A stretch of 64,000 bases of DNA, from assembly GCF_001186125.1 (NCBI RefSeq), contig NW_014040153.1:1-64000 (forward strand), written 5' to 3'. The position numbers and the translations under genes are program-made. Of this stretch, positions 42,792-56,095 are shown in pieces. Position 1 is the first letter of the stretch. Each line of letters opens with the position of its first letter. Origin of the DNA: Sphaeroforma arctica JP610. Lineage: Eukaryota. Under the pieces are notes generated by a model, which saw only the letters and a list, made by a program, of their open reading frames with translations, made no database searches and was not told the DNA's origin.

Positions 42792-45656
42792 ATGAGTCAA
42801 CTTCCGCCCACGGGCCAAACCCCTATCACTACCTTTTCGTCTTTTGAGGGCGCCCAACGTTTCGAACGTGACTTCTTCTCAACACTCCAGCCATACACCA
42901 ATATCTCCCACGCCAATCATCACATCCAGCTTACCCGCACCATTCTATCTGCTGTTCTTGACACCAACGACAACCCTCACGTCAACAACACCGCCATATA
43001 CTTAGGTACACACGCTGCATTCTCTGAACTCGATGCCATATCCGCTATCACTGACCTCAACAACTCTCACAGGGCCAACACTGATGCACAATCCGACCTC
43101 GCCCGTATTCGACGTGACCGCGCCAACTTATCCACTAATCTCGACACCATCCGCAATGCATCTGCCAAACATTCTGACTCCATTGCTGCTCTCAACGCCG
43201 ATATTGCACGCCTTCGTCACGAGCGCCATACAATCCTCACCGAATGTAACACTGCTAATACTGCCCGCGATTTAGCTCGAGCTGACCACGACCAACACAC
43301 CATCGAACCCAACTCTCTAGCTAATGACCTCGATCACATCCGCAACGAACGAGGCACGCTCATCACTGAGCGCGATCAGCTTGTCACCGAACTTGATTGC
43401 ATTTGCTCCGAACGAGCTACCCTCATCACTGAACGCACTCAGGCGCAATCTAATTACAATGACATCGTCCTCGAACGTGATAACGTTCATCGAGATCTTA
43501 CCCGCATACAAGACATCAATACCAACACAACCACCGAACACACCACATTGCAAAACGACCTCGCCCGTATCCGTCATGAACGTGACACATACTTCGAGGA
43601 ATGTAAAAATGCCCAATTCAAACTCATTCAAGCACAGGAACAATCCACTACATCCCCTGACACTCACCTTGAAGCTACCCACGCCGCACTCCGTAGAACT
43701 CCCGCCCTTGCTTATTGCGCACTGACCGCAACGCACAACGTGCCAACCTCATCCAACAACAACACGAACATGCACGACTTCTACAGGAGGCCCTCACCGA
43801 AAACGAAGACCTCACCACTGCCGCCACACAGCTTCATGACAAACTCGCCACCCTTTAAGCGGAAATTGCTGCCTCTGATCCCCATAGCCTCCGTCAACAG
43901 CTACAAGTAGCCCAAAGAAAGATTCTTAAGCTTGAACAATGCTCCCCATCTACCCGCTTGTCAACCCCGCCCCAAAATCGCTCAGACTCTCCTCTCCTTG
44001 GCACTCCCCGCCACGACTCCCATCAAATATCCAACATCCGTGACGTTCGCATCAGCACCGGCATACCCCTCAAGTATTTCAGTAGTCATCCATTTCACCA
44101 ACTGGCATCGTCAACTCAAACATATCCTTAAGAAACACAACGTCCTTCACATTCTGCGCCCTGCCTCCACTGCCGACTCATCCGAAACGACCGTTGGCAC
44201 CAACTTACTTCGACCGAGACCCCCACGCATTCTATCGCCGCCTTTGTGACGACTTCAACTCCATCACCATCGGCCACATATGGGAACTCCTCGTTCAACT
44301 CATCACCCTCCCCAAGCAACCCTCCCTAAATGACAGCATTACCAAAGTCAACCTCCTTTGGGATCAGCTCAAAGGCCACCATGCTGACACAGCCGAACTT
44401 TCTAATGTGTACAGCCTACTGCAGTCTCTTCCTGGCGGATTCGACATCATCGCCCAGAACAGTGTGGGTACAACTGATCACATATACACCCTTGACACCA
44501 TTATTACTAAAATACGCAATTACTCCACCAATAGCAAATCCATTTTAAGTACCAGCAGCATCTATGGCGTCGCCAGTGTCTCCTACCACACCCCTGCCCC
44601 TACCCCTACCTAACGTCCCCAACGTGTCCCACTCGGTAAAGACCCCTCCAGCAACTGCTTAGCTTGCCAGAAGCCTGGCCATGGCGCCTATGACTGTCCT
44701 TCCACCAACTGTCGCCGCTGCTTGGACTCCTCCCACACCGGTTCCCAATATACTCTCCCAGGTCCCCTCAAGTGCAACTACTGCCGCAATTACACTGCCA
44801 CCGCATGTCGCCGTTCGTGAAGCCACGGAATTTCTCACGCAGCCACATCTCCACCACCAGTCCCCCACCCACCCGACCCCATCATCGAACCGGTGCGCTA
44901 CCATGTGAACACCTTTATACTCCGTGCCGAACCCAACCACCAACCTGTCAACGCCACTGCTCTTATCGAATCCGGCGCCGACATTTCAATCGTCACCTTC
45001 GCTGACGCACTTCTCCACGTCGAACATTGTCAATTCGTCATTGAGCTCGCGGGCGGCTCCTTCGTCACCGCGCCTGCCCGTGGCACCATCAATGGCCTCG
45101 GCCCTGCCCTCGTCCTCCCCGACGCCAGCCAGCCTACCCTCTCTGTACGCAATATGCAACGCAACGGTTACACTTTCTCCTTTCCCAAAATCCCTACTCC
45201 CGACAGCCTCGCCCAATGCCTTATCACACACGATGGTACCACCGTCAAAGTCCTTGATGAATCTGCCGGGCGCTACAACCTGAATGCTTTCCAGGCTGAC
45301 AGTCTCCACATCCATCATGCCCGCTTTGGCCACCGATCCATCCGCACAACTAAAGCCATCGCCCATACCCACAACATCCCCATCCCTCCGCCGCTGACAT
45401 ACTACGACGACTACCAACTTCACCTCGCACTGTTTGACAAACACGTCGCACAGGTCTTCAGCCCCGTTGACATCGACATGTTCGCTACTAAGTACAACCA
45501 CCAAGTCCCTACCTACTGCATCCTTGACCACACAGACAAAGCCACTTCCCTTCACGACGCATACACACAGCACTGGCGCCAGTCCACCAAGCGCCTCTAT
45601 GGCAACCTTCCTTGGAAAGACTTCCCACACGGTAACGCCAAGTTCGAACGCGACCA
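42792..45656 (+). pseudogene. Copia gag (long coiled coil, CCHC knuckles) - aspartic protease - integrase N-terminal HH - DNA amino-methyltransferase domain; frameshifted
   Basis: CLACQKPGHGAYDC near 44656; ALIESGADISIV protease site; IHHARFGHRS at ~45310-45340; DIDMFATKYN...DAYTQHW...LYGNLPW at 45406-45656. Confidence 0.8.
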
Positions 45657-46383
45657 CGTAATACCCGGGCCTCCACATTAGACTCTATGTTATAAAAGTA
45701 CTCTTAAGCAGTACGAGGAACTTAAGTTTCCTAAATGGTTTTTAATGGTTTTATTAATTAATACCTTTTCCATTTTACATATCAAATATTTGGACGAGGC
45801 CATTAAAAGGCTCCAGTAAAATACCAAACATAAGAGTTGGTTTAGTTCTATTAATAGAACTATATTTACTTTCCAACTTTATTTATATCTGAATACTTCG
45901 GTAGCGAGATGCCTTAACCGAATATAGGTTTCTAGGGACTATTAACGTTACCTAGTTGATCCTCCGATCAGCCAACCAGATGTGCCAGTCTGATGAAGGC
46001 TAAGTCGGTAATTTCTGATAAGTGGCAAGTTATTGGTTAAGACAATAACTAAGGACATCAAGAGTATTTTTCTTTTCTTCTAAAGCTAGGATTTTATGAG
46101 TCTCTCGGATTCGCCCCAATGAAACATACCATAGTTTCTAATAGAGCGACAACGAAAAACTAAATAAAATCCCTTCGGCGAAAACAGTACTGAGAGGATT
46201 ATATATAGGCAATGTCTCAGCCTCACAATCCCTCAGAGTATTGCTGTTTTCACGAGGCATACCTAACTTTACTAAAAGTCTTATTTCGTTTATTTACTTT
46301 GATATTTTCACGATACTTAGAATTTACCTACGTGTTTATTTACTCTAAGGCGTTAATATCGCCGTAATAGACCGAATCTTACA
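45657..46383 (+). repeat. G1 5' LTR
   Basis: Aligns along its length with 53058-53813; TATATATA at 46200. Confidence 0.9.
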
Positions 46384-46481
46384 CATTTTAAAGTTAGCAA
46401 AGGTATTAATTACTTAGACTACTTAAGCGTTAAGGTAGATTAACTACCACACAAAAAATCTAGTAGTCATAAGTTAAGATT

Positions 46482-49400
46482 ATGACCAAGAAAGACAATA
46501 CTCCTTTTAAAAAGCGTAGAGCTGAAAAGAAGAAGATGGAGAGAGAAGCCGCTAGCGCTGCCGCAGAAGCAACCGCTGCCGCTGCTAAGAAGTGATACAA
46601 GGGACACGTCTCAAGACGCCCCAACCCATTCGTCTGACAAAATTCAGAAAGAAAAGTTCACAATTGTAAGGGAGTCCCCAATTATAAGGGACAAGGACAA
46701 ATCTCAGAAGGAACCTATAATGGAACCAGAGGAAGAGGCAAGCTCAAGTGGCAACCCCGAATCTACGTCTAAGACTACTAAGCTAACGCGCATAAGTAAG
46801 TTAGATACTGAAAACACTGATCTTAAGAATAAGTTAGCTACCCTTAAGAAAGACTTGACTGTTGAACATGTAGATCGATTGTAAACATCAGGAAAACATA
46901 CACAGGACTTACCGCCACTTTTACCCAATTGGGATGACAAACGTCGGAAACCAGTTAAGACTGGGTATGTTATCCAAACGCATGAATCACCCAAGATTAT
47001 AATACCAACCACTATCCGAGGAACAGCGCACCGAAAGGCCTCGACTATGGCCTTTACAAGGGGTAATAAACACCCCCGTAGACGTGTTAACGAAGTTGAA
47101 TTTAATCGCTTCGATCGCACAGCACTACATCAACTCGCAGCGGATTTTCGCTCTGACGAGGTGACCGAACTTAACAAATCGGTCGACGATTATACCATTA
47201 AAATGGAAATCGCCCACGATGCGCATCATGCTGAGGATGTATCATATTTTGCTAATATGATAGCGATTAAGCAAACGCGCATCGATCAGCTACTTCAGGC
47301 CCAACGTGGACAAGACTACAAGGATAACCAGAAGTACAAAGGACAGATCAGTCGACTTAAGTAGAACTGGGATGCCAACAGTAAGCAAGTCGAGTTTATA
47401 AACAGCCATGACCTCGACACGCTAACCCGTACGCTTAATGCGTTTACGGTCATGCTGGAGACGAATGATATCGCTCTCCAGCAAAGGATATCTGCTTTAA
47501 TGCAGACGTTTGACCCTACAGGTACAAGTTATTTGATCCTGCAGCGACACCAACATGAGCTAGACACTTGTCGTGACTGGCCAGCTGTATGTTGGTTGGC
47601 TACATCCTTGTTAAGTAAGGACATGCGTAACCCAGGACTGAGTTCAATTTTAACTGAACCAGTTGAGAACACGCCCATTCAGAGATATATTCTGAAGCTA
47701 GATGCTGACCTGAAACGTCCAGATATAACAAAGGACAAGGCACGGTGATGGTACGAGTCCCTGGTTATGCACGTGTTCTGTAAAAACATAGGAAATAACG
47801 ACCGTGAGAGCCTGTACACCGAGTTGCGACGTAAACACGCGACTGAGGCTCGAGACAAGGGACATGAAACAAAGTTTCATCTATCCCGACTTACGTGGGA
47901 ACAGTTTTATGATACTGTATCCACCCTTTTCCCCGCACACCGAGTAGCATCGAAGGGAAAAGTGGCTGTTAAGAAGCCGCGGGAGCACACCGATCACGGA
48001 TACGTATCCAGGTAGACCTCTAACGAGAGACCCCAACATACACGTGCTCGCGACTCCACTCTATCCACGCGACCCAATAAACGGGCACGCGCGGAGGCGA
48101 GGGACAAGGAACCTCCATTTAAAGAGATTAAGAAATGTGCCGATGCACAGTGTGGGTATGACATGTACCAAATAACCCCTAACGGATATTGGAATGGTAG
48201 ACATGCATCCATCTGTACACACTTTCTTATTAAGTGCGACAAGTGTGAGAAGACAAATGGCTATCACACTAAGTCTTGTGACAAAGAGCCCAACATTAAG
48301 GTGGAGTGAAGGTACTACCAGGTACAATCGTTACACAGATAATACAACGACTCTTTAGATGAGCATGTAATAATCCCTGTATACTGCAATGGAAATAAAA
48401 TCCTTGCGTTGATTGATCCTGGTTCAGAAATTTCATGTATATCCGATCGCTTTGCATTAATGAAAGATATCGAAAGGAGAACACAAACAACTCACCTCAT
48501 TTTAGTTGATGATAAAACTTCTAAGTGTGATACCATGGCCACATATGTTAAAATTTCCCTGGCCGATGATAGGATCATCACTACCCAAGCTGTAATAGTT
48601 AAGATGTCACAGAAGTACGACAATATAGTCGGAATGAGCGATTTACTCACTCTAGGTATAACCGTAGCTGGTCTACCAAATAACATAGATCCATTAAAGG
48701 ATCAGTCAGACAATAACTGTCTGAATTCATATAAGCCCCCGTCATACACAGTCAAGGCATTAACACCTGACTTTGCGAACAAAATCATGGATCTGATTCT
48801 AGTAAATAAGAAGATAAAGATCACAGATTGAGCAAAATTACGTTTTAACGACGGGTATGTCAGCCTTGACTTAACCAAGGTGGACTTTACACAGTTAAAG
48901 TGTCCCTCAAGGAACTATGTATCCTGGAGACACGAGGCTGTGGTAATAGAACAAGTTGAGAAATGGCTAGCAGATGGAGTTTTTGGCACTGCTAGCCGTA
49001 GACCAACATAACTCTGACGGATCGTTTAAGAAAGTCAGGGTATATTTAAATATGAGTCCAATAAAAATTATATTGCCGACTCATAGCTTTCACTTACCTC
49101 GTATTATCGAGCTACTGCGAAGGGTGGAAGGTGCTACAGTATTTACAACTATAGACCTTACACAAGGAAACCATCAAATGCAGGTATATGAACCACATCG
49201 TAAATACTTTAGTTTTACGTGGAAAGGTGAACAATACAGGTTCAGAGGTACACCTTTCGGGTTACACTCTTTACCAGCATTCTTCCAACAAGTAATGGAA
49301 GAAATGTTTGCAGACTTGCCTAACTTGCAAGTTTACATAGATGACATAGTCATCTTTTCCAAAACTAATGGTGAACACGCCGCATTAGTCAGACGAGTCC

Positions 49401-52400
49401 TTTAGAGACTCAACGAGCAAAACTTCAAGATTAACGAGAAGAAATATCACTTCGCTATGAGCGAAATACAGCTCTTAGGCTACCGATTATCTGGGGAAGG
49501 TATTAAAATCGACCCCGGTAAGGTAGCACACCTGTTATATTGGCGAACACCAACTACATGAAGAGATGTTAACAGCATGTGTGGGTTTGTAAACTTCTTT
49601 TCAGATGAAGCACCACACTTAGCTGACTACCTTAAACCTTTTGGACACTTAAGATGTCATAAAGGCAAACTAGGATACTTGTGGACTAAAGAGTGTGATG
49701 ACGCATTTAAAGCCCTCAAACACGCAGTCCAGCAAGCACCTGTTGTACAAGGACCAGTCGATGGCGTGCCGTTTGAAATAGCAACGGACGCCTCCGACTT
49801 AGCCTTAGGAGAGGAGTATTATATCAGGTTATAGATAACAAACCCAGATATATACAATTCTTTGGTCGAGCAATGAATGCTTCACAGTTGAATTACCCAA
49901 CAGTTAAACAAGAGCTATTAGCCACAGTGGCAGCTCTAACACACTTCCGATATTACTTATACAGAACAGCATTTACGCTGATGTGTGATCAGAAATCTCT
50001 TCAATATATGAAAGAGATGAACCCCGACTCACAATTACTAAGTCGCTGGCATGATACAATATCAAAGTTTCATTTTGATATAAAACATCTGCCAGGAATA
50101 CATAACCATTTACCGGATATGTTATCACGCTTCGTACCGGACTCTAATAAATCCGTACGTGAGTCACTCGCCACTGACTAGAAATATAATCCCAGGTGGT
50201 TTAAACTGGCTCAAAAGATATTTGGGCCACATACCATAGATATGTTTGCTGCACATCATAATGCACAACTATCCAATTACAGGACTTTAAATCATCCTTT
50301 GGGAGACACCTTTCAAATAGACCTCTCCAAACATAATGTGTGGGCTAATCCACAATGGCAGTTAATTGCCCAGCTATTAAATTATATTCATATACCTAAA
50401 GCTACTATCACGTTGTGTTGCCCATTATGGAGTAAAGATCCATGGCTTAATAAATTGATNNNNNNNNNNNNNNNNNNNNNNNNNNNNNNNNNNNNNNNNN
50501 NNNNNNNNNNNNNNNNNNNNNNNNNNNNNNNNNNNNNNNNNNNNNNNNNNNNNNNNNNNNNNNNNNNNNNNNNNNNNNNNNNNNNNNNNNNNNNNNNNNN
50601 NNNNNNNNNNNNNNNNNNNNNNNNNNNNNNNNNNNNNNNNNNNNNNNNNNNNNNNNNNNNNNNNNNNNNNNNNNNNNNNNNNNNNNNNNNNNNNNNNNNN
50701 NNNNNNNNNNNNNNNNNNNNNNNNNNNNNNNNNNNNNNNNNNNNNNNNNNNNNNNNNNNNNNNNNNNNNNNNNNNNNNNNNNNNNNNNNNNNNNNNNNNN
50801 NNNNNNNNNNNNNNNNNNNNNNNNNNNNNNNNNNNNNNNNNATACTATAATATGTCGTATAGGTCCCATTGGAACAACCAAATGGACCCCTTCTGAGACC
50901 TTCCTTAACAAGGTCAAAGAATCTGATATTCCACTCTCTACCCAATTGAACGCTAAGCAGTTCAAAAGCAATACAGCACTTGAAGTCTGCGCACAAAAAA
51001 ATACAATCTACTAATGACACTACTGATAAGAAGCGTCAGTCTCTAGCTAGGACTCTGATTAATAACATACAGTCCAAGCCCGAGGTCTTTCAAACTCTAT
51101 TTCTAAAGGGATTAATGAAAGACAATCCTGAAGCGTATACACGTATAATGCGACTACTTAATAAGTCAGGTGTATCTAACGCACATGAGCGCACTTATGA
51201 CACTCATGCGAAAGCAGGACATGAGTCTGGAAACACTACAGACTTGGAGACCACGCAAGTAGATTCTCAACACCCTACCTTTATTCTGGAGGAGCAGAAT
51301 GATGAAAACATTCTTGCTTGGCTGACGCAAAACCATAAGCTGAAGCACCAGAACGTAGTAGACGCACTTAAAGATGCGAAGCGAAATGGGATCGCGCACC
51401 CTATGCTGACAACTTTAGTTGACAGAGTATATCAGTCATGTACAGACTGTGATCTCAATCAGATCAAGCGCTATGGGTTCGCACCGCTTAAGAGTGTGAC
51501 TGAAGATGTTCAATGGCGCAGGGTCATCATTGATCTGACTGACCTGCCCACGTCCGAACACGCAGACGACCTTTACGTATGCCACTTCTTTGATGTGGCG
51601 TCACGGTTTATTTTGCTCTATCCATTAAAGGATAAGAATACGCAGACCGTGGCAGAATTATGTTGCCAAGTCTTTGCTGACCACGGGTGGCCAGGTATTA
51701 TGTTCACTGATAACGGTAGTGAGTTCTGCGATGACGTAATGGAAACGCTAGTACTCGTATCAGGCATATGCAATAAGAGAGGTGTGCCATATAAGTTGCA
51801 AACGCAAGGCGCGAATGAAACGCGCCATAGAAGATTTAAGTACATCTTGCGTACTGCATTGACGGATGATGCAGATGATTGGCCGTACTACCTTAAGTGG
51901 GTACAAACACAGATGAACGAATGTGCTGATCCGGTTACAGGAACTACAACCACTCACTATTTTCGTGGCACATATAGTGAGTTACAATTACCCTTTAACA
52001 AGGACGAACCTGATCACCATGAGTTACCATGGTTAGAGAAGGTACAACGTACTTATAACGTTGTATATCCTTGCTTGCGAGAAATACGCAATATAGCCTT
52101 ATTGAAAAGGCAAAAGCGTTGGAACACTACCAAGAAGATAGCAGAGTATCAGGTCGGTGACAGAGTTAACATCCGTCAACGTAATCCCGATGCTACTGTA
52201 TTATCATCTAAATGGATAGGTCCATATATAATCTCTGTAGCAGACACTAAAAGTGGAATGTACGAGGTAAATAACCCCGATGGTTCTAGTGCGCTTCATA
52301 TAGGCACAAGTCGTATTCCGACTACAGAGATTATACTCGCAAGAAGACATGACTCTAATGCCCCTCTTGATCGTTCTTAATTTAAAGACATTATATGGAG

Positions 52401-52712
52401 AACGGATAAGGGAGGCTATACATACTATCGTACACGCTTTATAGACGGTACAATAGCTGAGTTAACTTCAGATGCGTTCGATAATCAAGACTATTTAAAA
52501 GCCTTTAATCGAAGAGATTATACTCGCAAGAAGACATGACTCTAATGCCCCTCTTGATCGTTCGGAATTTAAAGACAGTATATGGAGAACGGATAAGGGA
52601 GGCTATACATACTATCGTACACGCTTTATAGACGGTACAATAGCTGAGTTGACTTCAGATGCTTTCGATAATCAAGACTGTTTAAAAGCCTTTAATCGAA
52701 AATGGCCTGCAT
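46482..52712 (+). pseudogene. G1 gag-pol with stops and frameshifts
   Basis: Cys/His knuckle CDKCEKTNGYHTKSC; protease ALIDPGSEIS; RT IDLTQGNHQ, PFGL, YIDDIVIFS; RNase H TDASDLALG, ELLA, DQKSL, NHLPDMLSR; MTase from 50176; integrase H..H/CTDC, IIDL, FTDNGSEF, GANE. Confidence 0.88.
52326..52699 (+). repeat. 187-bp tandem duplication of the integrase C-terminal region
   Basis: AGAGATTATACTCGCAAGAAGACATG... at 52326 and 52513. Confidence 0.9.
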
Positions 52713-53057
52713 AAGTCACAAGCTGAAAAAGATAGCATGTTTCCATCGTCTGAAGGAACGGAAGTTAAAACGTATCCGCCTACAGCATTTATCCCGAGCT
52801 TTAATGCTCATCCTTCATATGTGTTTAAGACACTGAAGCGTAAGAAACGTCCAGTCGACCACCACGGACCTACTGGACCAAAGCCCAAAACTCACAGGGT
52901 AACCGAGAACGTTTAACTTCTCCGCCTGAGAAACATTAATTATATGTTATGCTACTTAAATGTTTCGACCCGTCTTTTTCCTTTCTCGCTTTTTGACCCA
53001 TAATCAGCTTGAGTGAGCAACTTGCTTCTCACGGGTCTCAAAGCTGGGTGAGGGCTG

Positions 53058-53813
53058 TGTAATAAGCCGGGCCTCCACATTAGACTCTATGTTATAAACG
53101 TACTCTTAAGCAGTACGTAAATTATAAACGTACTCTTAATAGTACGAGGAACTCAAGTTTCCTAACTGTACTCTTAATAGTACGAGGAACTTAAGTTTCC
53201 TAAAATGGTTTTTAATGGTTTAATTAATTAATACCTTTTCCATTTTATATATCAGATATTTGGACGAGGCCATTAAAAGGCCCCAGCAAAATACCAAACA
53301 TAAGAGTTGGTCTAGTTCTATTAATAGAACCATATTTACTTTCCATCTTTATTTATATCTGAATACTTCGGTAGCGAGATGGCTCAACCGAATATAGGTT
53401 TCTAGGGACTATGTTACCTAGTTGATCCTCCGATCAGCCAACTAGATGTGCCAGTCTGATGAAGGCTAAGTCGGTAATTCTTGATAAGTGGCAAGTCAAT
53501 AACTAAGGACATCAAGAGTATTTTTTCTTCTTCTAAAGAAAACCCCAATGAAACATACCATAGTTTCTAATAGAGCGACAACGAAACACTAAATAAAAAC
53601 CCTTCGGCGGAAACAGTACTGAGAGAAATATATATAGGCAATATCTCAGCCTCATAATCCCTCATAGTATTGCTGTTTTCACGAGGCATACCTAACTTTA
53701 CTAAAAGTCTCGTTTCGTTTATTTGCTTTGATATTTTTTACGATACTTTGAACTTACCTACTCGTTTATTTACTCTATGGCGTTAATATCTCCTTAATAG
53801 ACCGAATCTTACA
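53058..53813 (+). repeat. G1 3' LTR, with small internal duplications near its 5' end
   Basis: TGTAATA...CTTACA; homologous to the 5' LTR. Confidence 0.9.
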
Positions 53814-54700
53814 AAGACTCCAGCCGACGTTGAACGCTTCAAAGCACAACTTCTTTCGGAATTCGACTGCTCTGTCCTCGGCAAACCCACCTGGCTTCCC
53901 GGCTGTCGCATTATCACTAACGTTGATTCTACTAGCATCGTCCGAACCTCATACATTAATGAGGCCCTCGAGCACTTAGATATCCCCACCGCTCATCCAG
54001 TCAACACCCCCCTTCCGACTCCTTTTACTACCCATACCGCGAACTCGTCGGCACCCTTCACTACCTCTTTATCCTAGCGCGCATCGATATCACCATCGCC
54101 GTCAACAATCTCTCACGTTTCATTTTCAACCCTATCGAAGACCACTGGCTCGCTGCCTGTCGCGTCCTCCGCTATCTCCGAACCAGACCCACGCTTGGCC
54201 TCGAGTACAGCAAAACACCCCAACCGCTCTCCACTGACGCCTACGCTGATTCCGACTATGCCAGCTGCTTCACTACCCGTCGTTCCACCACCGGTTACGT
54301 CATTCGCGTATGTAGCACACAAGTGATTTGGAAAGTAAACGCCAAAAACTGTCAGCACTAGCACTGCTGAAGCCGAATACTTTACTGCCAGTGAAGCCGC
54401 TAAACACATACAGTGGCGCCGCAACTTCTTAACTGAACTTGGCTTTACCCCCGATGCCCCCACTGATATCCATAGCGATAACCAATCCGCCGTACATGTC
54501 ATCCCCAACTCGGGCACTCCTAAGCAGCTGAAGCACGTCGTGTGTTCGCGTTCACCATATTCGTGACCTCCAGGACCAAGGTGTCACCGCCACCAAATAC
54601 GTTAACTCTGCCGATAACATCGCAGACACCTTGACTAAGAGCCTTCCTCGACCCACCCACTCTAAACATACATCTAACACACTCACCGCCATCCCCGACC
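53814..54700 (+). pseudogene. Copia RT C-terminus and RNase H remnant
   Basis: DVERFKAQLLSEFDCSVLGKPTW, YRELVGTLHYL, YADSDYA..RRSTTGYV, STAEAEY, DNQSA, NIADTLTKSL. Confidence 0.85.
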
Positions 54701-55547
54701 CTGATCAACCGTCTCTTGTTGCAACACTAGCACATTCGTTCAATAACAACCATACACACATTACCAACACAACATCGTCCATACCTTCAGGAGAGCTCCG
54801 CCCGATCGATGCTCACCGCCATCCGCCCTCTGCTTTGATCCATCCTCCACCCTCCTGTCTATATCTTCACTACTACCCATCTAGACACCAGCCCTACTTA
54901 CTCTAGACCCACTATCGTACCTATATACATACGCACATAACGTGCACAACACCCTACTTACTCTAGACCCACTATCCGTAACATCGCTACCCTATACTAC
55001 ACCCACGTACCTATACACATACGCACACAACGTGCACAACACCCGACTGGTGACCACCGCCAAGACTCCTCCCCCTTCTACCCTCTGATTTGATCCATCC
55101 TCCTCCCTCCTGGCTATATCTTCACTACTATCCATCTAGACACCCGTCCTACTTACTCTAGACCCACTATGCGTAACATCGCTACCCTATACTACACCCA
55201 CGTACCTATACCCAGACGCACACAACGTGCACAACACCCGACTGGTGACTACCACCAATACTCCTCCCCCTTCTACTTTGTCCTCTCAGTTCACGCTCGC
55301 CCCCAACGCCTGCGGCCCCAGGCGCCATCACGAAACTTCTAATATTTATCCGATTCGCTGCCACCACTTAATGAAGCCCCAGTCCATTGCCCCACCACCC
55401 TTTTTTGTTTTCATTTAACAAATATTCCAGCCTCAATGCAGTCTGAGGAGAGCAAGTCTATATGTTGCTACCAGTACCCTAGTAGAGTATCCAACACATA
55501 TGCAATTATGTATACACACTGTCCTTTCGCTTCCAAATTCAGGAGAG

Positions 55548-55730
55548 TGTTGAGACGAATTTATACGACTCAAATCCTAAAACCCCAATAAGCCCAAAGT
55601 ATATTACGGTTCATATTCTGGCCGAATAATTGTAATAATATCTTCAAAGAGCACATGATAATTATTATACTATATACCCAATATGTAATATGATAATGAA
55701 GTTACTCCGTTAAGCAAATGTATATTTCAA
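55548..55730 (+). repeat. Copia 3' LTR preceded by the purine tract AGGAGAG
   Basis: Starts TGTTGAGACGAATTTAT, identical to the start of the copy 2 LTR; homologous to the 5' LTR. Confidence 0.82.
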
Positions 55731-56095
55731 GTAGCCTGATCTCAGTTCCATAATCAGTAGTTCTGCCTGAACCTATCTTGTAAAATGCCTTTGCTAGTGA
55801 CGAGCTCCTCATTGATTCTACGGGTTCAGGTCGTACCTCAGAAACGAATATTGCCGGTATTATTGTTGCCCGGGTCTCGGGTCTCTTCGGAGACCGTGGT
55901 GTCAAGAGTGGAATCTTAAATTTATCCACATTGTTTTAGAAGTTTTTGATGATGTTCACTTTGTTGTAATCTGTACCTATTCGACATATTATAGTATGTC
56001 GCCAGGGCACCATTTGAACTGTTCAGGTACAGATTGGCTCGTAACGAACCATTAGCAAAGTATCTAAAATAAATATTTACAGTCTATGACTTTCT

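Larger units (their letters stand above)
45657..53813 (+). mobile_element. Ty3/gypsy-type LTR retrotransposon G1 (gag-PR-RT-RH-MTase-INT-chromo-like), nested in the copia
   Basis: LTRs at 45657-46383 and 53058-53813 ((T/C)GTAATA...CTTACA); purine-rich tract GGGTGAGGG before the 3' LTR; gypsy domain order. Confidence 0.9.
42359..55730 (+). mobile_element. Ty1/copia LTR retrotransposon, copy 1: decayed, internally deleted and interrupted by a gypsy element
   Basis: Related ~170-180-bp LTRs at 42359-42525 and 55548-55730; gag, Zn knuckles, protease, HARFGH, then RT C-terminus and RNase H after the insert. Confidence 0.85.

Noticed and set aside
45985..46030. CTGATGA in both G1 LTRs, suggesting a hammerhead ribozyme
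   Set aside because: The following hairpin ends in CGGTAA rather than GAAA, and I could not build stems I and III
45657..53813. Classifying G1 as a DIRS element because of RT-RH-MT
   Set aside because: It has a protease, a DDE integrase and direct LTRs; no tyrosine recombinase or inverted termini were seen
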